Positions 1 to 11,580 of a stretch of DNA of 64,000 nucleotides are shown here, piece after piece. A model generated the notes under the pieces. That model searched no databases. It saw nothing but the letters and a program-made list of their open reading frames with translations, and was not told the origin of the DNA. A program made the position numbers and the translations under genes. Position 1 is the first letter of the stretch; each line of letters starts with the position of its first letter. Source of the DNA: Paraphysomonas bandaiensis (taxonomy: Eukaryota > Protista > Chrysophyceae); the NCBI GenBank assembly GCA_965644295.1, contig CBFFRP010000133.1:124001-188000 (forward strand), written 5' to 3'.

Positions 1-189
1 GAAGTGGTTGCACTTTGGTGCTTGCGGCGACGCACAAGCAGCTTTCGTAGTGTTAAATAGTAATAGGATAATAGAGTTTGTACTGATTAGTTACAGGTAC
101 AGGTCTAACTATGTTGACTAGCATTCATCTAGCTACTAAATCGGTGCAGGCTTTTAACGCCTATTATTGCTATAAATAAAAGACTTTCA
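1..189 (+). mobile_element. 3' part of a dispersed LTR-like repeat (family A), truncated by the window start
   Basis: Colinear with the minus-strand copy at 37356-37540 (GAAGTGG..GCACCTTGGTGCTTGCGGCGAC...CATCTAGCT...ACGCCTATTGCT..AAGACTTTCA). It ends in an AATAAA-like signal followed by ...TTCA, as LTR ends do. Confidence 0.65.
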
Positions 190-300
190 ATATCTATAAT
201 AACGAAAACTTCACAATCTGATTTTCTCCTGCTGTCTGTTAGGTACACAAATTATACACCTCTTTCAGTTCACTTACTCGTACTTCCCAAGTATTATGAA

Positions 301-764
301 TGTAAGCCTCCTCAACAAAGTCGGACTCGCACTTTTTTGTGGTGTGTTGTGGGAGATAAGCACCAGAGATGTTTCTCGGGAAACTATCGTGAGGCGCATA
401 ATATATAGTCAGCAGATATTGTTATTGACGAATAAACAAGCACCCGGGAATTGGCCCACCGCAAGGGCATCCTGGGTATTGGGCTGCCTGCTGAAGTCAA
501 GCATCCAGGAATAGACCAACCTTCAGGACTCAAACATCTTGAAGTCAGCAGATGTCAGGTACATCAACATTCTGCTTGCTCACTGCGTTTAGTTTGAGTA
601 ATAGAGCGAAAGTATTTGCACCTTGGTGCTTGCGGTGACGCACAAGCAGCTTTCGTAGCTTTAAATAGTAGGATATCAGAGTTAGGCACTAGATACTTCA
701 ATTGTTTTGCTACAATAGTTTTGACTCTTACACGCCTCTATTGCTAATAATAATCAGACATACA
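301..764 (+). mobile_element. Near-complete copy of LTR-like repeat family A (probable solo LTR)
   Basis: Starts TGTAAG and contains CCTCAACAAAGTCGGACTC (also at 8646 and 27798), GGCCCACCGCAAGGGCATCC, GGGCTGCCTGCTGAAGTCAAGCATCC, the GCACCTTGGTGCTTGCG motif and the ACGCC..TATTGCTAATAATAATCAGAC 3' block. Ends are approximate. Confidence 0.6.
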
Positions 765-1425
765 CTACTGCGATATATAACTTCACTTTTCTGTACTCTT
801 TCTGTTATTGCGGAATGTCCCACCTCTGCTCTGTGCTGCATTGACATTTACCTCTTGTCATCAATTAAAGAATGCAAATATTGAATTGTTTATCGCTTTG
901 ACTCGATATTAACACCAAACTTAGTGTGACTAGGTAATACAACCCAGGGCCCTGCTGATACAACCACTTTGCCTAGGCTAGTAATATGATACGATCTTAA
1001 ACGGTTATAATGTAAAAATTATAATATCATACATTGCTTAAATATAAGCAAAATTTCATACATACTTTGACTAGAAATTGAAATATTTGAACTTTGTCGA
1101 CGCTAATCCCATAAAACTATAGTATTATTCAAAATATATTACCAATATCCCTGACACACAAAACGTTGTGTGTATGTCCCTGTGTATATTGGTAGACTTC
1201 GGCATATTTATTTTGGGTCAATCACGTCCCTCTGAAGTAACGTTACTTCTTTATATCTTTCAATGCAAGAAAATATATAAGTTGGATATTTGAACAATTA
1301 ATTAATACCTCAGGTTGTCATCATATATTATATTGATGTTTATGATTACAAGTAAACTCATTCAACTATGCTAAAGTAAAATTATCTACAGCAGAGCACA
1401 TCTGGAGAATCTTGGAAAAGCTAAA

Positions 1426-3055
1426 TCAGTCAACTTCGCTGGTAATAAATGTAAGATTTCCTCCGCTTAATGTGACATCATCTGTTGATATTACTGCTCG
1501 TCTCGCTCGCATTGACTGAGAAGAAGTTGGGGCCATATTGGGTGCTCTAGGAGTTGCTTGAAGCAGCGAAAGTTGCCGATCTTGCAGTGACGTTGACTTA
1601 TTATAAGATTGACGACTATACAATGTGCTTGCATCTCGAAGCTGGGTGTTGGTGCGCATCAATTCTTCACAAGTCTTAGTGAGTTCCTTGACAGCAAGTA
1701 GCTACTCATGTCACAGTTAGAATTGTAGTAACATTTCTGATCGGACATACCTGAACTTTCATTTCTTTTTCCCGTCGTTTCAATTCTGCTTCTAATTCTT
1801 TTCGCTTTTGTAAGCTCTTTTCCAGTCGTGTCTGAAGTGTAGTGAGTTGTTGTTTATAGGATGACCGCTGATTGGATATAACTGTCTTCAATTTCCTTAT
1901 TTCAGAGTGAAGTTTCTCCATATCTACTACTTCATTCGACACAATGCTACCATTCTCTATCTCTTCACTCATGTGTACAGATGGTAGCTCCATGCTCATA
2001 CCATCTTCTCCAACTCCCAGACCTTCTCCTCCCTCCCTTCGAACCGCACTCCTCACGGATTGTGACATTGCGACCGCTTGTAGCTTAATTTGCAATTTCA
2101 TATTCTGTTGTTTTAAGTCTTGGTTCTCTCGGTACTGTGTGCGATCACGCACCTGATAGTTCACTAACTGATTCTTTAAGGACTTCAACTTCTTGTCAAA
2201 CAGTTTCAATTGTTTCTGTTGAACCTGTTCTTTGCAAGGGGCCTCCTCTTTCTCCCTTTCCACTTCTAATAGCTGCTTTTCGTGATTACGCCTCACCATG
2301 TTTAGCGCTCTATTCTCATCTGTGAGCTGTTTTATTTTTAGTTGCTGGTCTGTAGCAATACTCTTGAGTCTATCAATCTCAGATTGAATAAGAGAGGTAT
2401 CCACCTTTCTTACTAAAAATGCATTTTCCTTACGATAAGAATTCAGCTGATTGAGAGCAACTTGCAGCTGTCTCTCCACCATTGCTCTTGAGTGACGTGC
2501 CTCCTTGGCAATCGATGAACTAATAACACTAGATTCTCGATGGCGTCGTTTCTCGTTGTTGGTGCATTTGCTATATACTATATCAAATTCCAGCATTTCC
2601 TTCTTCCAAGTCTTGGACACTTGTCCCGCAGTATTACTTTTAGCGCGTTCAGATATCGAATCCACGGAAGATGTATACGCGGCATCACCAAAGGTAGGGG
2701 ATGCGTCTCGTAACTCACCCTCACTTTTAATAAGTTGTGGTGACTCAGAATCTCTACAGCGTGTGTGATTGTGATCGATACTCTCTGATGTGTTCGCTCG
2801 ATGTTCTCTCTCCTCTGAACCACGATGCTCTTGACAGCCTATGTGTGCTGTGGTTTCGGGGACGGGGACATGCACACACTCATCATTAGTTTGATTGGTA
2901 GTTGCCACTTCGTCTCTTCCGGGCGATAGATTTCCCGCACTGTCTGGGACAGAAAAATTAAACGAGCTGTCGTCATCGTCATAATCCTCATTGTAGTCGT
3001 CTAAGCTCACATTGTCAAAATCATCGCTGTAATCACTGTACTCGCTGCCGTCCAT
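1426..3055 (-). CDS. Coiled-coil protein with acidic N-terminus, lebercilin(LCA5)-like domain suspected; 2 exons (3055-1751, 1701-1426)
   Basis: A 49-nt GTATGT..TAG intron at 1702-1750 (phase 0) joins the 449-aa ORF to the 1426-1662 frame (..MKVQ|LLAVKEL..). The segment LTDENRALNMVRRNHEKQL resembles the lebercilin coiled coil from recall. Confidence 0.75.
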
Positions 3056-3305
3056 TTCGCGTTTCGATGGAGGTAACGAATTTATGAAGGAAGAGTGCGT
3101 TATATCACTCCGGAGTTGTATTGAGGATAAGGATTAACCCTGTAAAACCTACACATACAAAAATTATGTATACTGGAAATACCCCACTGCTGTGACTGTA
3201 CTCTGTGCCGTATAATGAGATCTTCTCACCCTCTTCTCACATTCTACTGTACAACTGCCAGTTCCGGGGTTCGTAGGAATTTCTACGAACAAAAAACTGA
3301 AGAGT

Positions 3306-3908
3306 ATATGTACATGTATGTATGTATGTATGTATGTATGTATGTATGTATGTATGTATGTATGTATGTATGTATGTATGTATGTATGTATGTATGTATG
3401 TATGTATGTATGTATGTATGTATGTATGTATGTATGTATGTATGTATGTATGTATGTATGTATGTATGTATGTATGTATGTATGTATGTATGTATGTATG
3501 TATGTATGTATGTATGTATGTATGTATGTATGTAGGCATGTATGTATGTATGTATGTATGTATGTATGTATGTATGTATGTATGTATGTATGTATGTATG
3601 TATGTATGTATGTATGTATGTATGTATGTATGTATGTATGTATGTATGTATGTATGTATGTAGGCATGTATGTATGTATGTATGTATGTATGTATGTATG
3701 TATGTATGTATGTATGTATGTATGTATGTATGTATGTATGTATGTATGTATGTATGTATGTATGTAGGCATGTATGTATGTATGTATGTATGTATGTATG
3801 TATGTATGTATGTATGTATGTATGTATGTATGTATGTATGTATGTATGTATGTATGTATGTATGTATGTATGTATGTATGTATGTATGTACAGTGTACGT
3901 ATGTATGT
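3306..3908. repeat. (TATG)n tetranucleotide microsatellite, ~600 bp, with three TAGGCA interruptions
   Basis: Directly visible. Interruptions lie at ~3533, 3661 and 3765. Confidence 0.98.
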
Positions 3909-4096
3909 GAGACTGAATCTTGCTACATGGCATATTGAGGTATATGCAGTTTGTACCAGCAATTTCAGACCTTTGCAGACCAGTGATATTTCCTCCCATG
4001 CCTATTTAGATCATGTTTCCTCTTTTGTTATCATGATTTTTGCTTATGCTTTGTGGTAGTGTGTCGCCACTGTGTGGTGGCCCTCCTTCCCTTCAT

Positions 4097-7000
4097 ATGA
4101 GTGTGCACAGCCCTTCTTCGACTTCTTCATCAGAGTGCGGCAAGGATATGTCCATCGTATCCTCTGGGAGAGATTGTATTCCACAGAACCTGTTGTGCAA
4201 TGGTGAACCCGACTCTTTAATAAATATCTTGAAGACCCTGCCAGTTAATGATCGTCCTAGTTTATTTCACACTCTACAGGGTATACACAGACAGTCCCAC
4301 ATATACCATAATCAGTGGAGTCTCTTTGAGCCGGATCCAGAATTACTTGAAAGAGCTATTGATTTAATGCGGCGGTATGAAGCTAATGGGCTCCAGTTGA
4401 ACGGGTACGGGTGCTGGCTGTTCGAGCGCATTGTTGTGGCTTCCCGCCATCGTCTCGATAGCTCTCTCGTCTACCCTGAAGATAGCATTCTTAATTTAGT
4501 GCTAAGGATATTATTGGAGCACACCACTCATGTGTCGTGTGTTCTGATATTGCATGAGGCGATACGACAAAACCCTGAATCTTTTAAAAAGTTATGTGAT
4601 ATCGGTGTTAGAATCGCGGACGAACTTCCTCAAGGCATTGAATGCGACAATTTTGCAGCTCTATTTTTATTTGTGATTGACTATTTAAGTGTTTCCTGGG
4701 AGCTTACAAACGCTTTCAAAGGTATCCGATTGCTTGCCACGATTGCACCCAGAGTTGAAACCTCACCTAGAGCGGAATATTTTATTTGCCGCGCAGCAGA
4801 AGTTTTTTCACGATATATCCGTGAAAATGATGATTCTGATGTAGCCCGAGAGAATCCGGAAGAGTCCCCGAGGGCTACTCTCTTTCATCTTCTTAAGGCA
4901 CTGTGTCCCTTGCATCACTCGCACGTATCTAAACTCCATCGGTCGGGGTTCGTAGACATGGCGATCTCATATATTTTAAGCAGTGTAGAGGGATCAGCGA
5001 CAACTGATACTGATTGTTGCGTGTCGGCAATGACTTTTCTTTGCACTGCTTGTATGGAGCCACAGGTTTTGTTTGCCGTCATCAGATCAGTTTCGGTGCG
5101 ACAGTTGACGGAACTTCTCTCCAGGGACCATGGAGATATGATTGTTGCGATCACTGAGCTGTACACTGCCACACACGGAAATTGTTTTCGCTCAACGCAT
5201 ACTGAGGACTACGATCAAGAGGGTATTCAGTTGTTTGTGGAATGCTTCCTTGACCGTGCGGCTTCTATTTTGAAAGATGGTAAGGTGAGCGACTCCGCAT
5301 TGGCTGTCTTCCGATCTCTCCGGTCCCTTGGGCGATCCTTATCTACGCAAACTGTCTTGTTATCTGCTAATATGGCAGCCCGGCGAAAGAGAGTAGTCGA
5401 ACTATCTAGACCGTACGTGGAGCAATGTGAAGGAGCTGGACAGGGAGGTACTAGTGAGCTTGAATTGGCATGCGTGCTATGCATGGACGCATTAGGGGTG
5501 CTCTCAGGCTGGCTTGATGTCTGTTGGGAGGGGATCCCGGTGAGAGACACCTTCATCGATTCCCTCCTCCAGTCTACGAAGGAAAAATTCATCAATATGA
5601 ACGCCAACGATTCGTTACCGTATCAAGTGGAAGTTGAGGGGCAGAAACATTCTGTTCCAGTACTACATTCGCTGATTCCAACGCCGCGCCACAGCTTAAA
5701 TTCCCCGTCGGACAGCCCTGATGATGATAATATAGTTTTGTCGCTCAAAAGTGATGATACCATCAATCAAGGAAGAGATGATATCTGCATTTCTGACGAG
5801 CATCTCTCGGATTTTATATCTGAGTGGGAAATAAATTCGACTTTTGAAGTATGTCAAAAGGTCGTAGCAATGGTGGGAGTGTCTCGCACTCAGTCGCACC
5901 GAGTTAAGGGGAGAGGGGTTGAGGCTGTGCCTGGAATGGATGTTGAGCAATTGGCGGAGGTTCTTGTCGAGCTTCTCACGGATGAGAGACATGACATACA
6001 TGAAGTTCCAGGAGTGCGGGAGAAGTGCATTCAGCTGCTGACTGACATAGCATCTAGTAGCGATAAGGCGAAGGCGGTTGCTGTGAATTCCTTGGATACT
6101 ATTCTCGACATTATGGGGTCATGGGAGAATTGGAATGATGTACACTTGATGCAGTCCTGTTTCTGTGCAGTTACTGTACTTGCCTCTCTACCAGAATGCC
6201 GGCGTACTATTTTAGCGTTATTGGATAAAATTGAAGCAGTTGTCTTGCGGGCGGGCTCGCCGCTCTTCATATATGCTGCCATAAAGCTTTGCAAGAAGCT
6301 CGCACCCTCAATAAACAAAATTTCTTTCGATGGGGAGACTGTAGTAGTAGCATGGGTGATGCGATGCGTTCGTTCTCAGTGTGAGCCGCTGGTACTAGTA
6401 GCATGCGACCTATTGGCTGAAATATCGCTAGTACACCGGCCTCTTATATTCAAGGGGTTTAGTAGGCGAGAACTGGAGGTCCCAATAATTAATCTCTTGA
6501 AAACATCGACTGATATTAGCACAGTTCTTATCTCGTTGCGTACGCTGGCTCTTTCTGCGGGAAATTTTAATGAGAAACCTTTCTGGTACTACGACTCATG
6601 GGTGCATACATGGCAGAGTGTTGACCGAGAATTAACGAGTGTGGATTTTATGCATTTACTGGTAGCTGTCGAGCGTAAGTTCCAAGTGCCATACAGCCTA
6701 GTTGTTTTGTCGTACTGCCTCACCATACTGGCATCACTGCAAGAGATTCCTTGCGTGAGAAGTAATGAAGAGTACGGTCTCAAGTTTCACAGCTTATTTA
6801 TGCCAGAGCTAGCTGCATTGATAGCAGTGTTAACGCGAAGCCATGACTTCATATCTACCACTACCATGCACCACCCAACCACCGAGACAGAAGATGATTC
6901 TGGGGAGGAAACTATTTATGGTAGCCTCCTGGCAACTGAGTTACATGGGATAAATGCAGCTTATGAACTTCTTGGAGCATCGGCAGTGCAAGCCATTCAC

Positions 7001-7759
7001 TCGCTTGTGCAGTTTGGTGGAGTGTCAGATATTTCTCTATATTTACAGTACGAAGAATTGTTCGCCAGTACCCCAATATGTGAAACGATAGTGTACGTCA
7101 TGCTGCAGTTGCCGAATAATTACACTGTACAAGTTAAAGGTATGTCATCGCTGCAGAAGCTCTGTGAGCACGGAATTGGACTACGCATTCTTGGTGAATG
7201 CTGCTCCAAGGTCTTGGTGGGTGCAATGGTGTCATTTAATGATGACAGTACTGTGCACTTTGCTTTCTGTTCAATTATCAATAAACTGGCTGAAAAGAGT
7301 AACTTCGAACGCGACAGACTTATACATTCGTCCGTATTTAAATGGCTTTATATTGTAATTAAAGCTGCATCCCCGGAGAACGCACCCCTGGCCTGTCGTG
7401 CAGTGACAATGATATCAGACACGCAGGAGAGAGCTGAAGCAATGGGGAATGCCGGAATCAGTCGGTACGTGCTGCTTCTCTTGGACAAGCACACTGCGAT
7501 CTTAAAAGTTCAGATGGAAGGACTTCGCACTGTTGTGGCCCTTTGCAAGTCTTCTGTGTGTTATAAGCAGATTAAGTCTGCAGGGGGAGAAAAGAGGATT
7601 CAACGGGCAAGAGCGTTCTTAAGAAATATTCTTGCTGGCTCATCTGATGAGCGTGCTCTCCCTATTCTAGACCAGAGTATATATACCAGAGAAGATATTG
7701 TGGAGCTGTTAGAGTCATCGGCTCCTCGGCGGATGAGTGACAAATGCTTGGTGTCCTAG
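4097..7759 (+). CDS. Large ARM/HEAT-repeat (alpha-solenoid) protein, ~1220 aa, C-terminal CaaX (CLVS)
   Basis: Uninterrupted 1239-codon ORF with first ATG at 4097. Helical Leu/Cys-rich repeats (e.g. VQVKGMSSLQKL, VQMEGLRTVVAL). Ends in DKCLVS*. Confidence 0.8.
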   Translation: MSVHSPSSTSSSECGKDMSIVSSGRDCIPQNLLCNGEPDSLINILKTLPVNDRPSLFHTLQGIHRQSHIYHNQWSLFEPDPELLERAIDLMRRYEANGLQLNGYGCWLFERIVVASRHRLDSSLVYPEDSILNLVLRILLEHTTHVSCVLILHEAIRQNPESFKKLCDIGVRIADELPQGIECDNFAALFLFVIDYLSVSWELTNAFKGIRLLATIAPRVETSPRAEYFICRAAEVFSRYIRENDDSDVARENPEESPRATLFHLLKALCPLHHSHVSKLHRSGFVDMAISYILSSVEGSATTDTDCCVSAMTFLCTACMEPQVLFAVIRSVSVRQLTELLSRDHGDMIVAITELYTATHGNCFRSTHTEDYDQEGIQLFVECFLDRAASILKDGKVSDSALAVFRSLRSLGRSLSTQTVLLSANMAARRKRVVELSRPYVEQCEGAGQGGTSELELACVLCMDALGVLSGWLDVCWEGIPVRDTFIDSLLQSTKEKFINMNANDSLPYQVEVEGQKHSVPVLHSLIPTPRHSLNSPSDSPDDDNIVLSLKSDDTINQGRDDICISDEHLSDFISEWEINSTFEVCQKVVAMVGVSRTQSHRVKGRGVEAVPGMDVEQLAEVLVELLTDERHDIHEVPGVREKCIQLLTDIASSSDKAKAVAVNSLDTILDIMGSWENWNDVHLMQSCFCAVTVLASLPECRRTILALLDKIEAVVLRAGSPLFIYAAIKLCKKLAPSINKISFDGETVVVAWVMRCVRSQCEPLVLVACDLLAEISLVHRPLIFKGFSRRELEVPIINLLKTSTDISTVLISLRTLALSAGNFNEKPFWYYDSWVHTWQSVDRELTSVDFMHLLVAVERKFQVPYSLVVLSYCLTILASLQEIPCVRSNEEYGLKFHSLFMPELAALIAVLTRSHDFISTTTMHHPTTETEDDSGEETIYGSLLATELHGINAAYELLGASAVQAIHSLVQFGGVSDISLYLQYEELFASTPICETIVYVMLQLPNNYTVQVKGMSSLQKLCEHGIGLRILGECCSKVLVGAMVSFNDDSTVHFAFCSIINKLAEKSNFERDRLIHSSVFKWLYIVIKAASPENAPLACRAVTMISDTQERAEAMGNAGISRYVLLLLDKHTAILKVQMEGLRTVVALCKSSVCYKQIKSAGGEKRIQRARAFLRNILAGSSDERALPILDQSIYTREDIVELLESSAPRRMSDKCLVS

Positions 7760-8645
7760 AGTTTAGCATACGGTTCATTTTTATTAGTGTCTAGCTGTAA
7801 AGATTGTCCATGGAATGGGAAACGACGGCTGTATCATCACTCGTACGAAATGAATCAAATTGTGAGAGTGAGCTCGTTTGATACATCTAACATGTCATGA
7901 ATTATATGCATGGACGTTAATATTTGTAATGCGGGTTGTACTTCGTTGTGCAGATAGTTGAGAATTGCTCCTTTATGAGTTGTGGTTTAGCTATATCTGA
8001 TGAAAGTATGTTGCTGTAATTGCTAATGTTCTGAGGGCGCATAAATGAGATGTTTCCTCGAGTTTCCATTTGATGTAAGAAGTTCGTGTTTGCATTATAC
8101 CCGCTGTTGTTATCTCTTTCTATTTTAATAGCTACATTTCCTACATAGTTGTCTCTTGAGTATACATCCTAAGTTTGCTTCATTGTATCATTATTTGGCA
8201 TATTTGGGTGGTAAAGACTTGATATTATATACTCAATGCTTAATCAATATCACTTATCATTCATTCGCCAAAGTCATGACGTCTCAACAGCCAATCATTT
8301 CATACGATCGTATATATAATATATATATCACGATCTTAGTCCATATATTTTAGTTTCAAAACTGTAGTGTAAGGTGGTAACTATCATGACGTTAGTTCTC
8401 ATAATAAGCCACAACTGTATCCTTAAAGTAAAGGTTATAATTTAAATATCTTTTTGACCTGAATTGGGCTCAACGTAACGTTTATATATATGACACCGGG
8501 CCAATATAGGTATCCAACTTCAATAATCGGATTGAAAAAAATTATATTTCATTGATAACGACATTGACAGTCATATAAAGTGACTTTATTGTTAGCATAT
8601 ATAATATTATTACATAATTTTAGGGAGGGCGCAATGATGAATCAC

Positions 8646-8985
8646 CCTCAACAAAGTCGGACTCACACCTTCTCGTGGTGTTCTGGGAGATAAGTACCGG
8701 AGATATTTCTTCAGGAAACTAACGTGAACAACATATTATATATATTATAGTGAGCAGATATTGTTCTACCTACTCGTAGTAGCCAATGCTTGTGTGATAC
8801 CAGGGAACACCAAAATAAGACGACTTTGGGTCTTGACGAATATACAGGCATATCCGAGAATAGGCCCACCGCAAGGGCATCCGGGGTTTTGGGCTGCCTG
8901 CTGAAGTTAAGCATTCGGGAATTTCAAGTCAGCAGATGATGTCAAGTATATCAGCATTATGTTTGCTCACTGCGTTTGCTTTGAG
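8646..8985 (+). mobile_element. 5' portion of LTR-like repeat family A
   Basis: Blockwise similarity with 311-600 (CCTCAACAAAGTCGGACTC, GGGAGATAAG, GGCCCACCGCAAGGGCATCC, GCTCACTGCGTTT). Confidence 0.75.
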
Positions 8986-9461
8986 TGATTGATGCCTAAT
9001 ACGAGTTCACATTATTCGGTATCTGTGTGTGGCCAATGACCGTGATAATGCGTCAAACTTTCCTCAAGGATGCATGATAATGGCAATAATATGTGATTAT
9101 ACCTGCTATGCCTTCCCAGACGTCTACTGCCTGTATAGACTTGTTGTGGTTTCTCCTGACCCAGGTCATTGAGATTATAACAAGGCTCTGACACTGTTTT
9201 CCAAGCAGTGTCAGGCACATTTGTGGTGCTTTTATGTCATTCTTGCTTTTAGTAGGTTTTCATCCAAGCGGGGAAGGTTCACGGCTTCCTACTAGCGTAA
9301 GTCACTCGGGAGTCAGCTTGAAGTTGCAACAGTTGTAGATGTCTGTCTCATGCGTCAGTGTGCAAAATTGCACCAGTGAGAACGCTTCGTGAACGTGGGA
9401 GGACCCGGTACATTTATAGGGCTACTCTACTCTCCCCTCCAGACTACCTGCTGCTATGAAC

Positions 9462-9605
9462 ATATATATATATACAGGAAACATAATATATATTATGCCG
9501 AAAACACCGACCGCAAGTTGTTTGCGTTACTAATAGGACAAAAGTAGATTGGGCAGGAGCGTATGATCCGGCTTAAACATATGCAACTCGTTGTATGTCC
9601 ATGTA
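9462..9605 (+). repeat. Dispersed repeat family B, copy 1
   Basis: Reverse complement of 19860-19992 (TTGGGCAGGAGCGTATGATCCGGCTTAA shared exactly). Confidence 0.85.
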
Positions 9606-11580
9606 TAGCTAACTATAAATAAATCGTGTTGTATAGTTGAGCACTACTTGTCGGTGCATGCAATAGTAACTAGATGAGAGTCATGTTATGCTTTTCAGTG
9701 TCGCACGAGTTGTTAGGTTGTTGGTCGCGGCAACACACAAGCTTGCGCTTCTTAATAATCAGACATTCAATATACATTAGTTCTGACTCGTTTACACACG
9801 CCTCTATATTGCTAATACTAATCACACTACTAATGATGATGAATCAAAGACCACGTGATATATGTCAAAATGTAACTACTACTTTATCTTTGAACCCAGG
9901 ACTTTCCAACTATACTTCCAGCATTTTTCTGGAGAGCTCTAATATCCCCCACCAACAATCTACATATATTATATTATATACGTGTTCTAATAATATACTA
10001 CGTATTATATTATTTTATAAGAATATTAGATTACGAGAATATAAAAGCTACAGTATATAATCTACTAGAAAATTGTTGATTATTTTTAATGTTGTTGTTA
10101 ATAATTCGGTTTTTAATGTTGTTGCAACAAAAAATAATAATATATATTGAATACAAAGAAAACATGTTATTAATTGCATTTATTTAATAAATAAATATTG
10201 TATAAGTTACATTATATATAATATCGAAAACGTGCTTATATATGTGTGTAGATATCATAGATTAGAAATAATACTCTGATTTTTATGATACTGTTATCTT
10301 ACTTCAGATCAAATGTTTGTTGTCGTTTTGCTATTTGTATAAGTACAGGAATATTTTTATTGCTTCCTTTTTTACAATATATGATATAATAATATATATA
10401 ATCCAGTAATCTCTACAGACAAAGTATATTTGCTTTTTCTTAATAATGTCTATTAACAGAGGACCTATTTCCTCTGCCATCAAGCAATCTACTTATATTA
10501 TAATATATAATATATCTATAATATATATTTTCTAGATGTTATAGTTTAACCGACGAGGGTTAAGGAGTATCATTCCTCTTGTCCTAATTTTAAAACTTGG
10601 GCTTTATATCCTTGTTTCAAAAATATTATTAGCGCAGGGCAATACAACGTCCCTTAAACCCGAGTATCAACAAACATAATTATATATGATTAAATTTTAA
10701 TACTCTACTCCATTGCTAGATCATTTTATACATTCTCCATTCTCCAGTCATTCAACTTCTTTAAAGCGTCTAGAAAATATAAAATATATTCTTTTTAACG
10801 TGTGTGCAGGGAAATGAAAATATTTAGACGAAATGAGGAAATCGAAGAATTTGAGAATAATATGTTTTTTATGGATAGAAATATTGCTTCCACATTTAGT
10901 TGTACATAAATTGCTGTATTTATGTATCGTACTACAGTATCTAGTATCGCATTAATATAATAATATTATTATGCTCGAACATTTCAAAGAGTTTGAAGTA
11001 AAACAACATGCGTTATTCATCCTAATCACTTACTCAACCAAGTGGAAATATATTACTTGATTAATCAATTAAACGTTTAGACAATAATTAATGAAGCGCA
11101 TTGCGCTAATTGAATGTGTGTAGTGTTCACATGTTTAAGTTATATTGTTTACTTCTAAGCTTTGAATGTCGAATCATGTTACCTTTAGCATGCACTTAGT
11201 TTCTAATGTAGTTGACACGGCTATATACTAAAAATTATTATCCCTTGCAACCACACCCTAGCTTCCATACTGTAAATTCAAGTGCTTCATATTGTTGCTG
11301 ATAATTTTGAACTGCTAAAGTACCAATTAATTGAAGCATTCAGATTAAGTTATTAACACTGGATTCGCTCGATTACATGAAAAATGCATTGTATTGCAGT
11401 GTAGTAGCTAACTACAATTACTTAAATTACAATAACTCTCACTTTTCATATTCGTAGCCACTGATATGTGAAACACTAGCTATGATACTACGGTGAAAAC
11501 AATTTCGGTCTTCTTATATATACCACTGGCATAATAAACAGTATGAATCAAAATTATCAGGCGCAAATACAAAAATAATG

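Noticed and set aside
311-335. Minus-strand GTGCGAGTCC resembling a tRNA T-loop or pol III B-box (SINE?)
   Set aside because: I could not build a T-stem, cloverleaf or A-box. It is part of repeat family A.
3164-4059. Multiple long ORFs of YIHT/MYVC repeats
   Set aside because: These are artefacts of translating the (TATG)n microsatellite.
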